From NCBI GenBank assembly GCA_964560135.1, contig CAZLKN010000001.1, positions 30,061 through 94,060 of the forward strand: DNA of 64,000 nt, in the 5' to 3' direction. Positions within the stretch are counted from its first letter, which is position 1, and each line of letters begins with the position of its first letter. Source of the DNA: an uncultured Actinomycetes bacterium. Lineage in GTDB: Bacteria > Actinomycetota > JAICYB01. Under the pieces are notes generated by a model. It saw only the letters and a program-made list of their open reading frames with translations, was not told where the DNA came from and did no database searches. Positions 18,475 through 27,355 of this stretch are shown here, piece by piece. A program made the position numbers and the translations under genes.

Positions 18475-19491
18475 GTGGCCACAGGCGACATCCACGACGC
18501 CGAAGACGTCGCACGCCACGACGTCGAAGACGTCGCACGCCAGACGCGCACGTATTCGCAGTGGTCCTCCACCAAGGGGCTGCGTACCGACATCCTCCCT
18601 TGGCGCCTCTGGGAGAAGGCCAAGCGGCTCCCATGGGACCCGGCGCAGATCGACTTCTCGCAGGACGCGAAGGACTGGGACACGCTCGACGAGGAACAGC
18701 GCGTCACCGTGGCCGGGCTCGCGCGTGGCTTCATGGTCGGTGAAGAGGGGGTCACGCTCGACATCCTCCCGCTCATCCTGGCCACCGCCGACGAGGGACG
18801 CTGTGAGGAGACGATGTTCCTCACCACCTTCGCCATGGAGGAGGCCACGCACGTCGACTTCTTCCACCGCTGGTTCAAGGCCGTCGACGTCGACCCCGTC
18901 GGGATGGAGCACCTCGCACGGCGGCGGATGGTCGAACGGGGGGTGGAGCCCCCGGACTGGGAGCGCCCGAACGGACTGTTCGAGTTCGGGCTCCCGCGCG
19001 TGATGCGACGTCTGCTCGTGGACCGTTCCCCGGAGGCCTTCCTCGACGCAGGCGTCACGTACAACCAGTTCGTGGAGGGCTGCCTGGCCATCGCCGGGTA
19101 CCGGATGTGGGCGCAGATGTTCTCCTCCTTCGGCGTCTTCCCCGGCCTCCAGGAGGGTCTGCGGTACGTGCAGCGCGATGAACGGCGGCACATCGCCTAC
19201 GGCACCTACCTGTGCCGGCGCATCATCGCCGCCCATCCCGAGACCTTCGAGTTCGGTCGGGACCGTCTGTACCGGCTCCGGGACGGCTACATCGAGAGCG
19301 TCCCCGGGGGCGCCGGCGACGCCCTGAACGGGGACAGCCCGCCGAACCCGTTCGCCCCGTTCATCCAGACCGTCATCAAGCAGGTGGACCGGCGTGTGCA
19401 GGTGCTCGAGCGCGCCAAAGGGCTGACATCCGAGGAGGCAGAACGCGGGGCGGGGGCCGAGGAGGCCGAGGTCGAACTGGAGGCGGTGTAG
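18475..19491 (+). CDS. R2-like ligand-binding oxidase (ferritin-like di-metal carboxylate protein, RNR-R2 superfamily).
   Basis: The ferritin-like metal ligands are EEATHVDFF, EGCLAIAGYRMW and DERRHIAYG. The GTG start follows a GGAAGGA RBS. The longer ORF from 18028 is antisense to msrB. Confidence 0.7.
   Translation: MATGDIHDAEDVARHDVEDVARQTRTYSQWSSTKGLRTDILPWRLWEKAKRLPWDPAQIDFSQDAKDWDTLDEEQRVTVAGLARGFMVGEEGVTLDILPLILATADEGRCEETMFLTTFAMEEATHVDFFHRWFKAVDVDPVGMEHLARRRMVERGVEPPDWERPNGLFEFGLPRVMRRLLVDRSPEAFLDAGVTYNQFVEGCLAIAGYRMWAQMFSSFGVFPGLQEGLRYVQRDERRHIAYGTYLCRRIIAAHPETFEFGRDRLYRLRDGYIESVPGGAGDALNGDSPPNPFAPFIQTVIKQVDRRVQVLERAKGLTSEEAERGAGAEEAEVELEAV
18490..18546. repeat. Imperfect tandem direct repeat (about 25 nt x2) inside the 5' end of the R2lox-like gene.
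   Basis: The sequence cacgacgccgaagacgtcgcacgcca / cgacgtcgaagacgtcgcacgccag encodes DAEDVARH / DVEDVARQ. Confidence 0.6.
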
Positions 19492-19534
19492 CTTTCGTGT
19501 CGCGCCGGACGGCGATCCGGTCCATCATCGAGGG

Positions 19535-20389
19535 ATGACCGATGCGCTGTGTCTGCTCACCGTCCACGCCCATCCCGACGACGAAGCGTCGAAGGGTGCG
19601 GGCACGGTCGCCAGGTACGCCGCCGAGGGCGTGCGCACCGTTCTCGTCTGCTGCACCGGTGGGGAGGCCGGGGACATCCTGAACCCGGCCATGGATCGGC
19701 CCGATGTCCGGGCCTGCCTGCCGCAGATCCGGCGTGAGGAGCTGAAGCACGCCGCGGCGATCATCGGATACTCGAACATCGTGACCCTCGACTACAAGGA
19801 CTCGGGCATGCCGGGGACCCCGCACAACGACGACCCCGAGTGCTTCGCGCAGGCCGACTTCCGGGAGGCGGTCGGACGGCTGGTGACCGCGATCCGGCGT
19901 GAGCGGCCGCAGGTGATCGTGACCTACTCCGACGACCAGCGCGGGTACCCGCATCCTGACCACCTGCGGGTGCACGACATCTCGATGCACGCCTTCGACG
20001 TGGCCGGGGATCCCGATGCCTACACCTGGGCGGGTCCCCCGTGGCAGCCGGCGAAGCTCTACTACATCGTGTGGTCGCGGGCGCGCATGCTCGCTACGCA
20101 CGAGAAGTTCAACGAGCTCGGCCTGGAGAGCCCGTTCGACGAGCGCTGGTTCGACCGGCCAGACCAGGATGGCCGGATCTCCACCCGCGTCGACGTCGGC
20201 GAATGGATGCACGTCCGCAGCGAGGCGCTGCGGGCACACGCCACCCAGATCGACCCCGCGTCACCCTTCTGGTTCGGGCTCCCGCCCGAAGCCGCCCGCG
20301 AGGCCTACCCCTACGACGACTACATCCTTGCCCGAGGGCTCGTGGACGCACCCAACCCGGAGGACGACCTGTTCGCAGGACTCCGCTGA
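19535..20389 (+). CDS. mca: Mycothiol S-conjugate amidase (Mca; LmbE-like Zn hydrolase).
   Basis: The protein aligns end to end with known Mca sequences (HAHPDDE, GGEAGDILNPAMDRPDV, YPHPDH, LRAHATQIDP, EDDLFAGL). Confidence 0.8.
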   Translation: MTDALCLLTVHAHPDDEASKGAGTVARYAAEGVRTVLVCCTGGEAGDILNPAMDRPDVRACLPQIRREELKHAAAIIGYSNIVTLDYKDSGMPGTPHNDDPECFAQADFREAVGRLVTAIRRERPQVIVTYSDDQRGYPHPDHLRVHDISMHAFDVAGDPDAYTWAGPPWQPAKLYYIVWSRARMLATHEKFNELGLESPFDERWFDRPDQDGRISTRVDVGEWMHVRSEALRAHATQIDPASPFWFGLPPEAAREAYPYDDYILARGLVDAPNPEDDLFAGLR

Positions 20390-20474
20390 GGAGCAGCCGC
20401 GTCCGCCCCGCGCGCGGTGACCGGCCGGGTGTTTGAAGGTCGCCCGATCGTGGTACGGAGAGGGGACCGGAAGT

Positions 20475-20549
20475 CGGGGATCGCGGTTCGCCGAAGCGCC
20501 TGCCTCGTAGCACCCCCCCGCGGCGCTCACGATCGGACCGCGATCCCCG
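20475..20549. terminator. Nested GC-rich stem-loop between two convergent 3' ends. It is a candidate bidirectional terminator or structured element.
   Basis: A 13-bp outer stem (20475-20487 pairing with 20537-20549) encloses a 7-bp inner stem (20494-20500 pairing with 20522-20528). It lies between the mca stop and the stop of the minus-strand amidinotransferase gene. Confidence 0.35.
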
Positions 20550-20556
20550 CTCCGTC

Positions 20557-21387
20557 TCAAGGGCCCCCGAGCCGGACGTCGAGGGCCAGGGTGAGGCAGC
20601 GCACCCCGCCCCCGGCTTTCAGGAACTGGTCCACCGGTGACACGACGGTCTCGAAGCCCGCGCGGCGCAGCTCGGCGTCCAGGCGCGCCGTGCATGCCGG
20701 CATCACCACGGTCCGTCCGACCACGACCGAGTTCGCGCAGAAGGCCTCGGCCTCCCCGGCCTCGAGCACGATCGGCTCCGGGACGAGGCTGCGGACGACG
20801 TCGCGGCCATAACGGTCCCAGGCATCGGGGACGACGAGAGCCCGCCGCTCGTCGAGGGGGCAGAAGGTGAGATCGAGGTGGTAGTAACGGGGATCCACCA
20901 GCTCGACGGACAGCACTTCTACGCCGAGCGTGGCCGCCAGGGAGGTGTGGGCGTCGAAGTCCGACCGGATCCGGTAGCCGGCCACCACGCGATCGCCGAA
21001 GGGCAGGGCATCGCCGGCCCCCTCGAAGAACGGACCGCTCGGCAGCTCCTCGATGCGCGAGGCTCGTTCGCGGAACCACTCGGTGAAGTGTTTCTCCTCG
21101 CCGGTACGCTCGGGATGACGGAAGCGGCTGGGCACGAAGATCTCGCCGTCGACCATCCCGGCGTTGGCGGTGAAGACCATGTCCGGCAGGCCGTCGACCG
21201 GATCCACGACCTCGATCTCGGCCCCCGCGCCCCGGAGGGTGTCGACGAGCGCCGTCCACTGGCGCATCGACTCGTCGGGGTCGGCCTGGACCTCCCGGTG
21301 CATCCACGGGTTGATCTCGTACAGCACCCCGAAGTGCCGCGCGGGGCACATCAGGTACCGGCGTCCCCAGGGCAGCGCGTCGGTCAT
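20557..21387 (-). CDS. Amidinotransferase/DDAH/arginine-dihydrolase-fold enzyme (guanidino-group modifying enzyme superfamily).
   Basis: The 276-aa protein ends in the catalytic GGGVRCLTLAL Cys motif. The start was chosen at MTDALPWGRRYLM, which overlaps the upstream gene as ATGA. Confidence 0.65.
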   Translation of the reverse strand: MTDALPWGRRYLMCPARHFGVLYEINPWMHREVQADPDESMRQWTALVDTLRGAGAEIEVVDPVDGLPDMVFTANAGMVDGEIFVPSRFRHPERTGEEKHFTEWFRERASRIEELPSGPFFEGAGDALPFGDRVVAGYRIRSDFDAHTSLAATLGVEVLSVELVDPRYYHLDLTFCPLDERRALVVPDAWDRYGRDVVRSLVPEPIVLEAGEAEAFCANSVVVGRTVVMPACTARLDAELRRAGFETVVSPVDQFLKAGGGVRCLTLALDVRLGGP

Positions 21388-22634
21388 CGTCCGACGCACA
21401 GGTGCTGCGCCAGGCCCTGGCAGAACAGGCCGGCGTCGGTGACGATCCCGAGCACCTGGTGGCTCCCGCGGTCCGCGAGCTTGGTGACCACGGCCTGGTT
21501 GATGTCGACGCAGTAGGTCTCCACCGCGGCGGGCAGGATGTTGCCGGTGGCGATCGCGTGGAGGGTGGAGGCCAGCATCAGTGCGACGCTGACCCCCGGG
21601 ACGAGGGAGCGCATCGCGTCCTGGGCTTCGACGACGTCGGTGAGGACGTCCGGCAGGGGGCCGTCGTCGCGGACGGATCCACCGAGCACGAAGGGCACGC
21701 CGCGGCGCACGCACTCGTACATCACCCCGGAGGTGACGATGCCCTGCTCGACGGCGGCGGCGATCGAGCCGACGCGCCGGATCTCGTTGATGGCGCGCAG
21801 ATGGTTGGCGTGGCCTCCCTCGGTGGGGGTGCCCTCGCGGATCGAGACCCCGAGGGAGGTGCCGAGCAGCGCCGACTCGATGTCATGGACGGCGAAACCG
21901 TTGCCCGCGAACAGCACGTCGATCCAGCCCTCCCGCACCAGTCTGGCGACGTCGGCTCCGGCTCCCGTGTGCACCACCGCCGGACCGCAGACGGCCAGCA
22001 GCTTGCCGCCGTCGCCCTTGGCCCGCTCGATGCGGCGTGCCACCTCCGCCACGATCAGGCCCTTGGGTTTCTCGCTCGACACCTCCGAGGACATGAACTC
22101 GAAGGCGGGCTTGGCCCCGGCGATCTTCCCCGCCTCCGGCCCCCGGGGGCGCTCCAGCGGACGCACCCGTACCCCGGCCGAGCCGACAACCACCAGGTCG
22201 CCGGCGCGGATCCGGTGCATGGGCACCGTCCGGGCGGATCCGAGGTCGGGGGCCACCACCAGCGCGCAGTCCATCTCGGGGTTGCCGACGTCGAGCCAGC
22301 GGGAGTCCACCCGGACCTGTGTGGGCAGGTTGGTCGTGGAGTAGAAGTTCCGGGGAAGCGCACCGTCGCGATCCGCGTCCTCGAGGGTCGCGTCGGGCTC
22401 GTCCACCGGATGGGCGCCGTGGGGATGCAGCTCTTCCAACAGCGCCTTGAGCTCACCGGCGGTGGGGGCCGTGACCTCGATGCGCGCGTACGAGGGATCG
22501 GTGTGGCCCTTGCCGACCTCCATCTCCAGGAGCCTGTAGTCGGCACCCGCGTCCACGATCACGTCGAGGATCTTCGCGAGGATCAGCGAGTCGATGATGT
22601 GCCCGCGGACCTCGACCATCGCGCTCGCGCCCAT
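21384..22634 (-). CDS. LOR/SDH bifunctional-enzyme conserved-domain protein (TIGR00300 family; archaeal-type ornithine cyclodeaminase-like).
   Basis: The N-terminus MVEVRGHIIDSLILAKILDVIVDAGADYRLLEM is typical of TIGR00300. The protein is 416 aa. The longer ORF up to 22868 has no support. Confidence 0.65.
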   Translation of the reverse strand: MGASAMVEVRGHIIDSLILAKILDVIVDAGADYRLLEMEVGKGHTDPSYARIEVTAPTAGELKALLEELHPHGAHPVDEPDATLEDADRDGALPRNFYSTTNLPTQVRVDSRWLDVGNPEMDCALVVAPDLGSARTVPMHRIRAGDLVVVGSAGVRVRPLERPRGPEAGKIAGAKPAFEFMSSEVSSEKPKGLIVAEVARRIERAKGDGGKLLAVCGPAVVHTGAGADVARLVREGWIDVLFAGNGFAVHDIESALLGTSLGVSIREGTPTEGGHANHLRAINEIRRVGSIAAAVEQGIVTSGVMYECVRRGVPFVLGGSVRDDGPLPDVLTDVVEAQDAMRSLVPGVSVALMLASTLHAIATGNILPAAVETYCVDINQAVVTKLADRGSHQVLGIVTDAGLFCQGLAQHLCVGR

Positions 22635-22712
22635 CGGCCCAGTGTGGCAGGTGGCGCGGAAAGGGTGCACGCTCTCAGGGGGACCCCGACCGGGCAGTCG
22701 AAGGGAGGAGCG

Positions 22713-23087
22713 ATGGCGAAGCGGGACCAGCGCGGGGGAGTGCTCCGAGCCCTGTGGCAGAACGTCACCGTCGATCTGGAGCCGACGAGCCGGTTCGGTT
22801 CCGGCAGGGCCGACGAGGCCGATGTGAAGACCACGATCGCGCTGACCGAGGAGCCGGATGAGCGCCATCGGCGCATCTTCGAGCGACTGGAGAAGCGGGA
22901 GCTCGTCACCGTCGACAACGATAGCCGCCTGGTGCGCTTCTACGAGCGGTTCGTCTTGGAGCCCGACACCGACGGGGTGTACACCTTCTCCATCACCGCT
23001 CCCCGGTTCGCCGAACTCGTGGGAGGTGGGGACGGTTCTCCTCCCACAGGCGCGTGGACCCTTCGATGTCGGTCAAAACGAACGTGA
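22713..23087 (+). CDS. Hypothetical small protein (124 aa).
   Basis: The ORF is the C-terminal part of a long shadow ORF, but it has its own GGGAGGAG RBS before the ATG and a non-repetitive composition (MAKRDQRGG...YERFVLEPDTDGVYTFSI). Confidence 0.4.
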   Translation: MAKRDQRGGVLRALWQNVTVDLEPTSRFGSGRADEADVKTTIALTEEPDERHRRIFERLEKRELVTVDNDSRLVRFYERFVLEPDTDGVYTFSITAPRFAELVGGGDGSPPTGAWTLRCRSKRT

Positions 23088-23214
23088 CCGTCCCCGTGGG
23101 CAATGACGGCTTGCGGGATCGTCGTCGCTTGGTCTCGGGCATCAGGGGTCCCCTCCCCCGACGGTACGCCGGGCACATCGGCCGCACAAGGCCGGGCACC
23201 GGGGATAATGGGGT

Positions 23215-24222
23215 GTGTCCGACTCCTCCGAGACGATCGAGGTCGCCGGACGGCGGGTGAGGGTCTCGAACCCGGACAAGGTCTACTTCCCTGCCACCGG
23301 GGCCACGAAGATGGACCTCGTCCGCTACTACCTGGCCGTCGGAGATGGCGCGCTCCGCGGTTGCCGCGACCGGCCGACGATGCTGCACCGGTTCCCCGAC
23401 GGCGTCGAGGGCAAGGAGATCTACCAGAAGCGGGTGCCCCACCCACCGGAGTGGATCGAGACCGTCACGGTGCGGTTCCCGTCCGGACGTGAGGCGCGCT
23501 TCCTCGCCCCCCAGGAGCTCTCCGACGTGATCTGGGCGGTGAACCTCGGGTGCCTGGAGATGAATCCGTGGAACGTGCGTCGCGCGGACGTGGACCACCC
23601 CGACGAACTGCGCGTCGACCTCGACCCGACCCCCGGGGTTCCGTTCGCCGACGTCCGGCTCGTCGCCGCCGAGGTCCGCACGGTGCTCGCGGAGCACGGT
23701 TTCTCCGGCTATCCGAAGACGTCGGGGAAGCGGGGGATCCACGTGTACGTGCGCATCGAGCCGAGGTGGCCGTTCACCGAGGTCCGCCGGGCGGCGCTCG
23801 CGCTGGCCCGCGAGGTTGAGCGCCGGATGCCCGAGGTGGCGACGACGGCGTGGTGGAAGGAGGAGCGCCGCGGCGTGTTCCTCGACTTCAACCAGAACGC
23901 CCGCGACCGGACGATCGCGTCGGCGTACTCGGTGCGGCCCACTCCCGGGGGCCGGGTCTCGTGTCCGTTGGACTGGGACGAGGTCGCCGATGTCGAGCCC
24001 GACGATCTGGTTCTCGCCACCGTCCCGGCCCGGTGCGCGGAGCGCGGGGACCCCCACGCGTCCATCGACGACGCCGCGTTCGGCCTCGAGCCGCTCCTGG
24101 AGCTCGCGGCCCGCGACGAGCATGAGGGACTGGGTGACGCTCCGTGGCCCCCGCACTTCCCGAAGGCTCCGGGAGAGGCGCGACGGGCGCCGCCGTCACG
24201 CCGGACTCAGCGCGAGACCTGA
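23215..24222 (+). CDS. LigD-type polymerase/primase domain protein (Prim-PolC-like; stand-alone NHEJ/BER polymerase).
   Basis: The sequence VSNPDKVYFPATGATKMDLVRYY...HRFPDG...GKRGIHVYVRIEP...FLDFNQNARDRTIASAYSVRP matches the LigD Pol/AEP primase domain. The start is GTG. Confidence 0.8.
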   Translation: MSDSSETIEVAGRRVRVSNPDKVYFPATGATKMDLVRYYLAVGDGALRGCRDRPTMLHRFPDGVEGKEIYQKRVPHPPEWIETVTVRFPSGREARFLAPQELSDVIWAVNLGCLEMNPWNVRRADVDHPDELRVDLDPTPGVPFADVRLVAAEVRTVLAEHGFSGYPKTSGKRGIHVYVRIEPRWPFTEVRRAALALAREVERRMPEVATTAWWKEERRGVFLDFNQNARDRTIASAYSVRPTPGGRVSCPLDWDEVADVEPDDLVLATVPARCAERGDPHASIDDAAFGLEPLLELAARDEHEGLGDAPWPPHFPKAPGEARRAPPSRRTQRET

Positions 24223-25235
24223 TCGAAGGTGCATTCGGCCGGCGACTTGTCCTCGCGCCAGCGCAGGAAGGTGGCGGCGTGGCGGAACCGCGGTCCCTGC
24301 ATGTGGTCGTAGGCGACCTCGCAGACCAGCCGGGGCTCCACGGCGACGTAGGTGGGGTCTTTGCCCGCGGACCAGCGGCTCGCCTCCCCGGGGGCCCGTC
24401 CCCCCTCGAAACCTCCGTCGCGCTCCAGCGGACGGAGCAGCTCCAGCAGCTCCCGGCGCTCGCGCGCCTTGAACGACGAGGTGTGGCCCACGAAGTGCAG
24501 CGCGCCGCCGGGGTCGTGGAGGCCGAGGAGCAGGGAGCCGACGCCCTCGCCGTCCTTGTGGATGCGATACCCGCCGACGACGCAGTCGGCCGTGCGGCGG
24601 TGCTTGATCTTGTGCATCACGCGCTCGCCCGGCGCGTAGGGGAGGTCGCGGTGCTTGGCAATGACGCCGTCGAGCCCGAAACGCTCCAGGTCCCGCAGCC
24701 AGGCCTCCGCCTGCTCCGGATCGGTGGTGCGGTCGGTGAGCCAGACACGGGGGCCGGGGGCCAAGGCAGGCTCCTCCGGGGTGGTGGCTGCCGGGCCCGT
24801 GAGGACCCCGGTCAGGCGATCCCAGCGGCCGGACAACGGCGTGGAGCGGAGGTCCTCGTCGTCGACGGCCACGAGATCGAAGGCAACGAAGGAGGCGGGG
24901 GTTTCCGCCGCCAGCTTCGCGACGCGTGAGGCCGCCGGGTGCAGACGCATCTGGAGCGCGTCGAAGTCCAGGCCCGCGTCGGTGGGCATGATGATCTCAC
25001 CGTCGACGACACAGCGCCGGGACAGCGCATCTGCGAGCGCTTGTTCGACCTCCGGGAAGTAGCGGTTCATCGGACGGTCGTTGCGGCTGCGCAGTTCGAT
25101 CCGCTGCCCGTCACCGAACACCACGGCGCGGAACCCGTCCCACTTGGGTTCGTAGATCAGGCCTTCGCCGCGCGGGATCCCGGAGGTGAGCTTAGCGAGC
25201 ATCGGCTTGAGGGGCGGGACGACCGGTTGGACCAT
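24207..25235 (-). CDS. ATP-dependent DNA ligase (LigC/LigD ligase-domain type).
   Basis: The sequence has the adenylation KxDG motif (YEPKWDGFRAV), DGEII, the GLDGVIAK motif, and a C-terminal OB fold. The start is uncertain: ATG at 25235, or TTG at 25283. Confidence 0.8.
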   Translation of the reverse strand: MVQPVVPPLKPMLAKLTSGIPRGEGLIYEPKWDGFRAVVFGDGQRIELRSRNDRPMNRYFPEVEQALADALSRRCVVDGEIIMPTDAGLDFDALQMRLHPAASRVAKLAAETPASFVAFDLVAVDDEDLRSTPLSGRWDRLTGVLTGPAATTPEEPALAPGPRVWLTDRTTDPEQAEAWLRDLERFGLDGVIAKHRDLPYAPGERVMHKIKHRRTADCVVGGYRIHKDGEGVGSLLLGLHDPGGALHFVGHTSSFKARERRELLELLRPLERDGGFEGGRAPGEASRWSAGKDPTYVAVEPRLVCEVAYDHMQGPRFRHAATFLRWREDKSPAECTFDQVSR

Positions 25236-25303
25236 GCCTCCATGGTGCACCGTCGGGCACCGGTTAGGCTCGGGGGAGGGCAACGGATGAGGGAGGGCTG
25301 CTC

Positions 25304-25525
25304 GTGGCGGGTATCCAGCGCGGCCGGCTGTACCGGTCCAGAACCAACAGGATGATCAGCGGGGTCTGCGGCGGTGTTGCCGAGTGGGTGGGTATGGACG
25401 TCTCGCTTGTTCGCGTCCTCTGGGCGGTGATCACCCTGATCGGCGGGATCGTCCCAGGCGTCCTGCTCTACATCGTCCTGATGCTCGTACTCCCGGAGGC
25501 CGATGAGCCGGCGAGCGACACCTAG
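25304..25525 (+). CDS. Minimal PspC-domain membrane protein (73 aa).
   Basis: The PspC motif is LYRSRTNRMISGVCGGVAEWVGMDVSLVRVLWAV, followed by one transmembrane helix. Confidence 0.7.
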   Translation: MAGIQRGRLYRSRTNRMISGVCGGVAEWVGMDVSLVRVLWAVITLIGGIVPGVLLYIVLMLVLPEADEPASDT

Positions 25526-25914
25526 CCCATCGTCGTGACGTGGTCCGGACGTACCTTCACCACGAGGCGCTCCTCCTCGGGCGACGACCAGGGATAGCGC
25601 TCCTTGTCCAGGTACTTCTGCGCCATCTTGTCGATGAACGCCTTCTCCGGGTCCTTCTCGACCACTTCCACCTCACCGCGGATCTCGATGTACCGGTAGG
25701 GGTTGTCCGGATCGGTGATCGAAACGGCGACGCGGGGGGTCCGCTCGATGTTGCGGATCTTCTGCCGGGTGGTGGTCTGGCTGAACTTCAGGTGCGAACC
25801 GTCCCACTCGTACCAGACGGGGTTCGACTGCGGCGCGCCGTCGGGCCCGATCGTGGCCACGTGCGCGAAGCCGGGCTTCTCGAGGATGTCCTTGTGGGTT
25901 TCAGGCACCGTCAT
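25522..25914 (-). CDS. Pyridoxamine 5'-phosphate oxidase (PPOX) family / F420-dependent split-barrel protein.
   Basis: The 130-aa protein has the FMN-binding split-barrel pattern (FAHVATIGPDGAPQSNPVWYEWDG...PRVAVSITD). Confidence 0.65.
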   Translation of the reverse strand: MTVPETHKDILEKPGFAHVATIGPDGAPQSNPVWYEWDGSHLKFSQTTTRQKIRNIERTPRVAVSITDPDNPYRYIEIRGEVEVVEKDPEKAFIDKMAQKYLDKERYPWSSPEEERLVVKVRPDHVTTMG

Positions 25915-26043
25915 CGTTGCCTCCTTCCTCGTCTCGCTTCGTCTCGCTTCGGGATCAACCTTCCCCCGAGGTTAGGATATTCCCGCGCGGACGGACTTCT
26001 ATCCGTCGCCGGCAGGTGGGCCGGGGGCCGAGGGAGGTGAGCC

Positions 26044-27243
26044 ATGGACGATGTCGCGGCGACGCCCCGGGCGTTCGATCCGCTGGCCCCCGAGTTCCTC
26101 GCCGACCCCTATCCCGTGTACCGGTCGCTGCGGGAAGCCGACCCCGTCCACTGGAACGAGGCCATCGGTGCGTGGATCTGCACCCGCCATGCCGACTGCA
26201 CGGCGGTGCTGCGCGATGACCGTTTCTCGGCGGACCGCACCCGCAGCGACAACTTCAAGCAACTCGACCTGACCCGGGACGTCCCCCGCTCGATGCTGAG
26301 CGCCGACCCGCCCGACCACACGCGTCTGCGGACGCTCGTCAACAAGGCATTCACGGCCCGTACGGTGGAGCGGCTCCGTCCCAGGATCCACGAGATCACC
26401 GACCGGCTCCTCGACGAGGCATCGGAGAAGGGTCGGATCGACGTGATCGCGGATCTCGCCTATCCGCTGCCGATCACGGTGATCGCCGAGATGCTCGGCG
26501 TGCCGTCCTCCGACCGCGACACCTTCCGCGACCGGTCGAGCGCGATCGCATTGTCGCTCGGCCCCCTCACGCCCCCCGAGGTCCAGGAGCGCGCGATCGC
26601 CGCCCGGGACGAGCTGGTCGCCTACTTCTCCGAGGTGCTGGAACGCCGCCGGAACGATCCCGGTGAGGATCTCATCACCGCGCTGCTGCAGGCCGAGGAG
26701 GAGGGCGACGTGCTGAGCCTCGGCGAGCTGCTCGCGATGCTGCTCCTGCTGCTGATCGCCGGACACGAGACCACGGTGAACCTGATCGGGAACGGCCTCT
26801 ACGCGCTGCTGCGGCACCCCGACCAGATGCAGCGGATGCGCGAGGACCCGTCGCTGGTCCGCAGCGGCGTCGAGGAGCTCCTCCGGTTCGACTCACCCGT
26901 GCAGCTCACGGGCCGGGTGGCGAACGAGGAGCTCGACCTCGCCGGTCGGCGTGTGCGCCCCCGGCAGTCGGTGATCACGTTGCTGGCCGCCGCGAACCGC
27001 GACCCAGAGGTGTTCGCCGACCCCGACCGCCTCGACCTCGCCCGGGCCCCCAACCCGCACCTGTCCTTCGGGGCCGGGATCCATTTCTGCCTCGGCGCGC
27101 CGCTGGCTCGGCTGGAGGGTGGGATCGCGCTGACGTCGCTGATCCGGCGCTTCCCGGGGATCGGGTTGGCCGGTGAGGCGCCGGCCTACCGGCCGGCGAT
27201 CGTGCTGCGGGGACTCGAGCGCCTCCCCGTGACGCTCGGCTGA
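26044..27243 (+). CDS. Cytochrome P450.
   Basis: The heme-binding loop [17 protein letters not shown] is present, with an ETTVN I-helix region and the EELLRF ExxR motif. A GAGGGAGG RBS precedes the ATG. Confidence 0.85.
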   Translation: MDDVAATPRAFDPLAPEFLADPYPVYRSLREADPVHWNEAIGAWICTRHADCTAVLRDDRFSADRTRSDNFKQLDLTRDVPRSMLSADPPDHTRLRTLVNKAFTARTVERLRPRIHEITDRLLDEASEKGRIDVIADLAYPLPITVIAEMLGVPSSDRDTFRDRSSAIALSLGPLTPPEVQERAIAARDELVAYFSEVLERRRNDPGEDLITALLQAEEEGDVLSLGELLAMLLLLLIAGHETTVNLIGNGLYALLRHPDQMQRMREDPSLVRSGVEELLRFDSPVQLTGRVANEELDLAGRRVRPRQSVITLLAAANRDPEVFADPDRLDLARAPNPHLSFGAGIHFCLGAPLARLEGGIALTSLIRRFPGIGLAGEAPAYRPAIVLRGLERLPVTLG

Positions 27244-27355
27244 GCTCAGGCGGGAACGTCGATACACTGGCGCCATGCCGGCCCAGACGTACGCAGGCAA
27301 GGAATGCATCTGCCAGTTCCAGCGCGGGATCTGCGATCAGACCTGCGTGCAGGAC

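Noticed and set aside
20475-20549. Possible tRNA, suggested by a GGTTCG-like sequence in the intergenic spacer
   Set aside because: No acceptor-stem, D-arm or anticodon-arm cloverleaf can be built. The region folds as a nested hairpin instead.
21402-23087. 561-aa plus-strand ORF
   Set aside because: Its N-terminal 430 aa is antisense to the LOR/SDH gene. Only the last 124 aa (22713-23087), which have their own RBS, were kept as a possible small gene.
22993-24156. 387-aa minus-strand ORF
   Set aside because: It is antisense to the Prim-PolC-like gene, which has strong domain evidence.
25921-25945. Short direct repeat cgtctcgcttcg x2 upstream of the P450 gene
   Set aside because: It is too short and too simple to distinguish from chance in a GC-rich spacer, and it lacks palindromic character. 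It is noted only as a possible promoter-proximal element.
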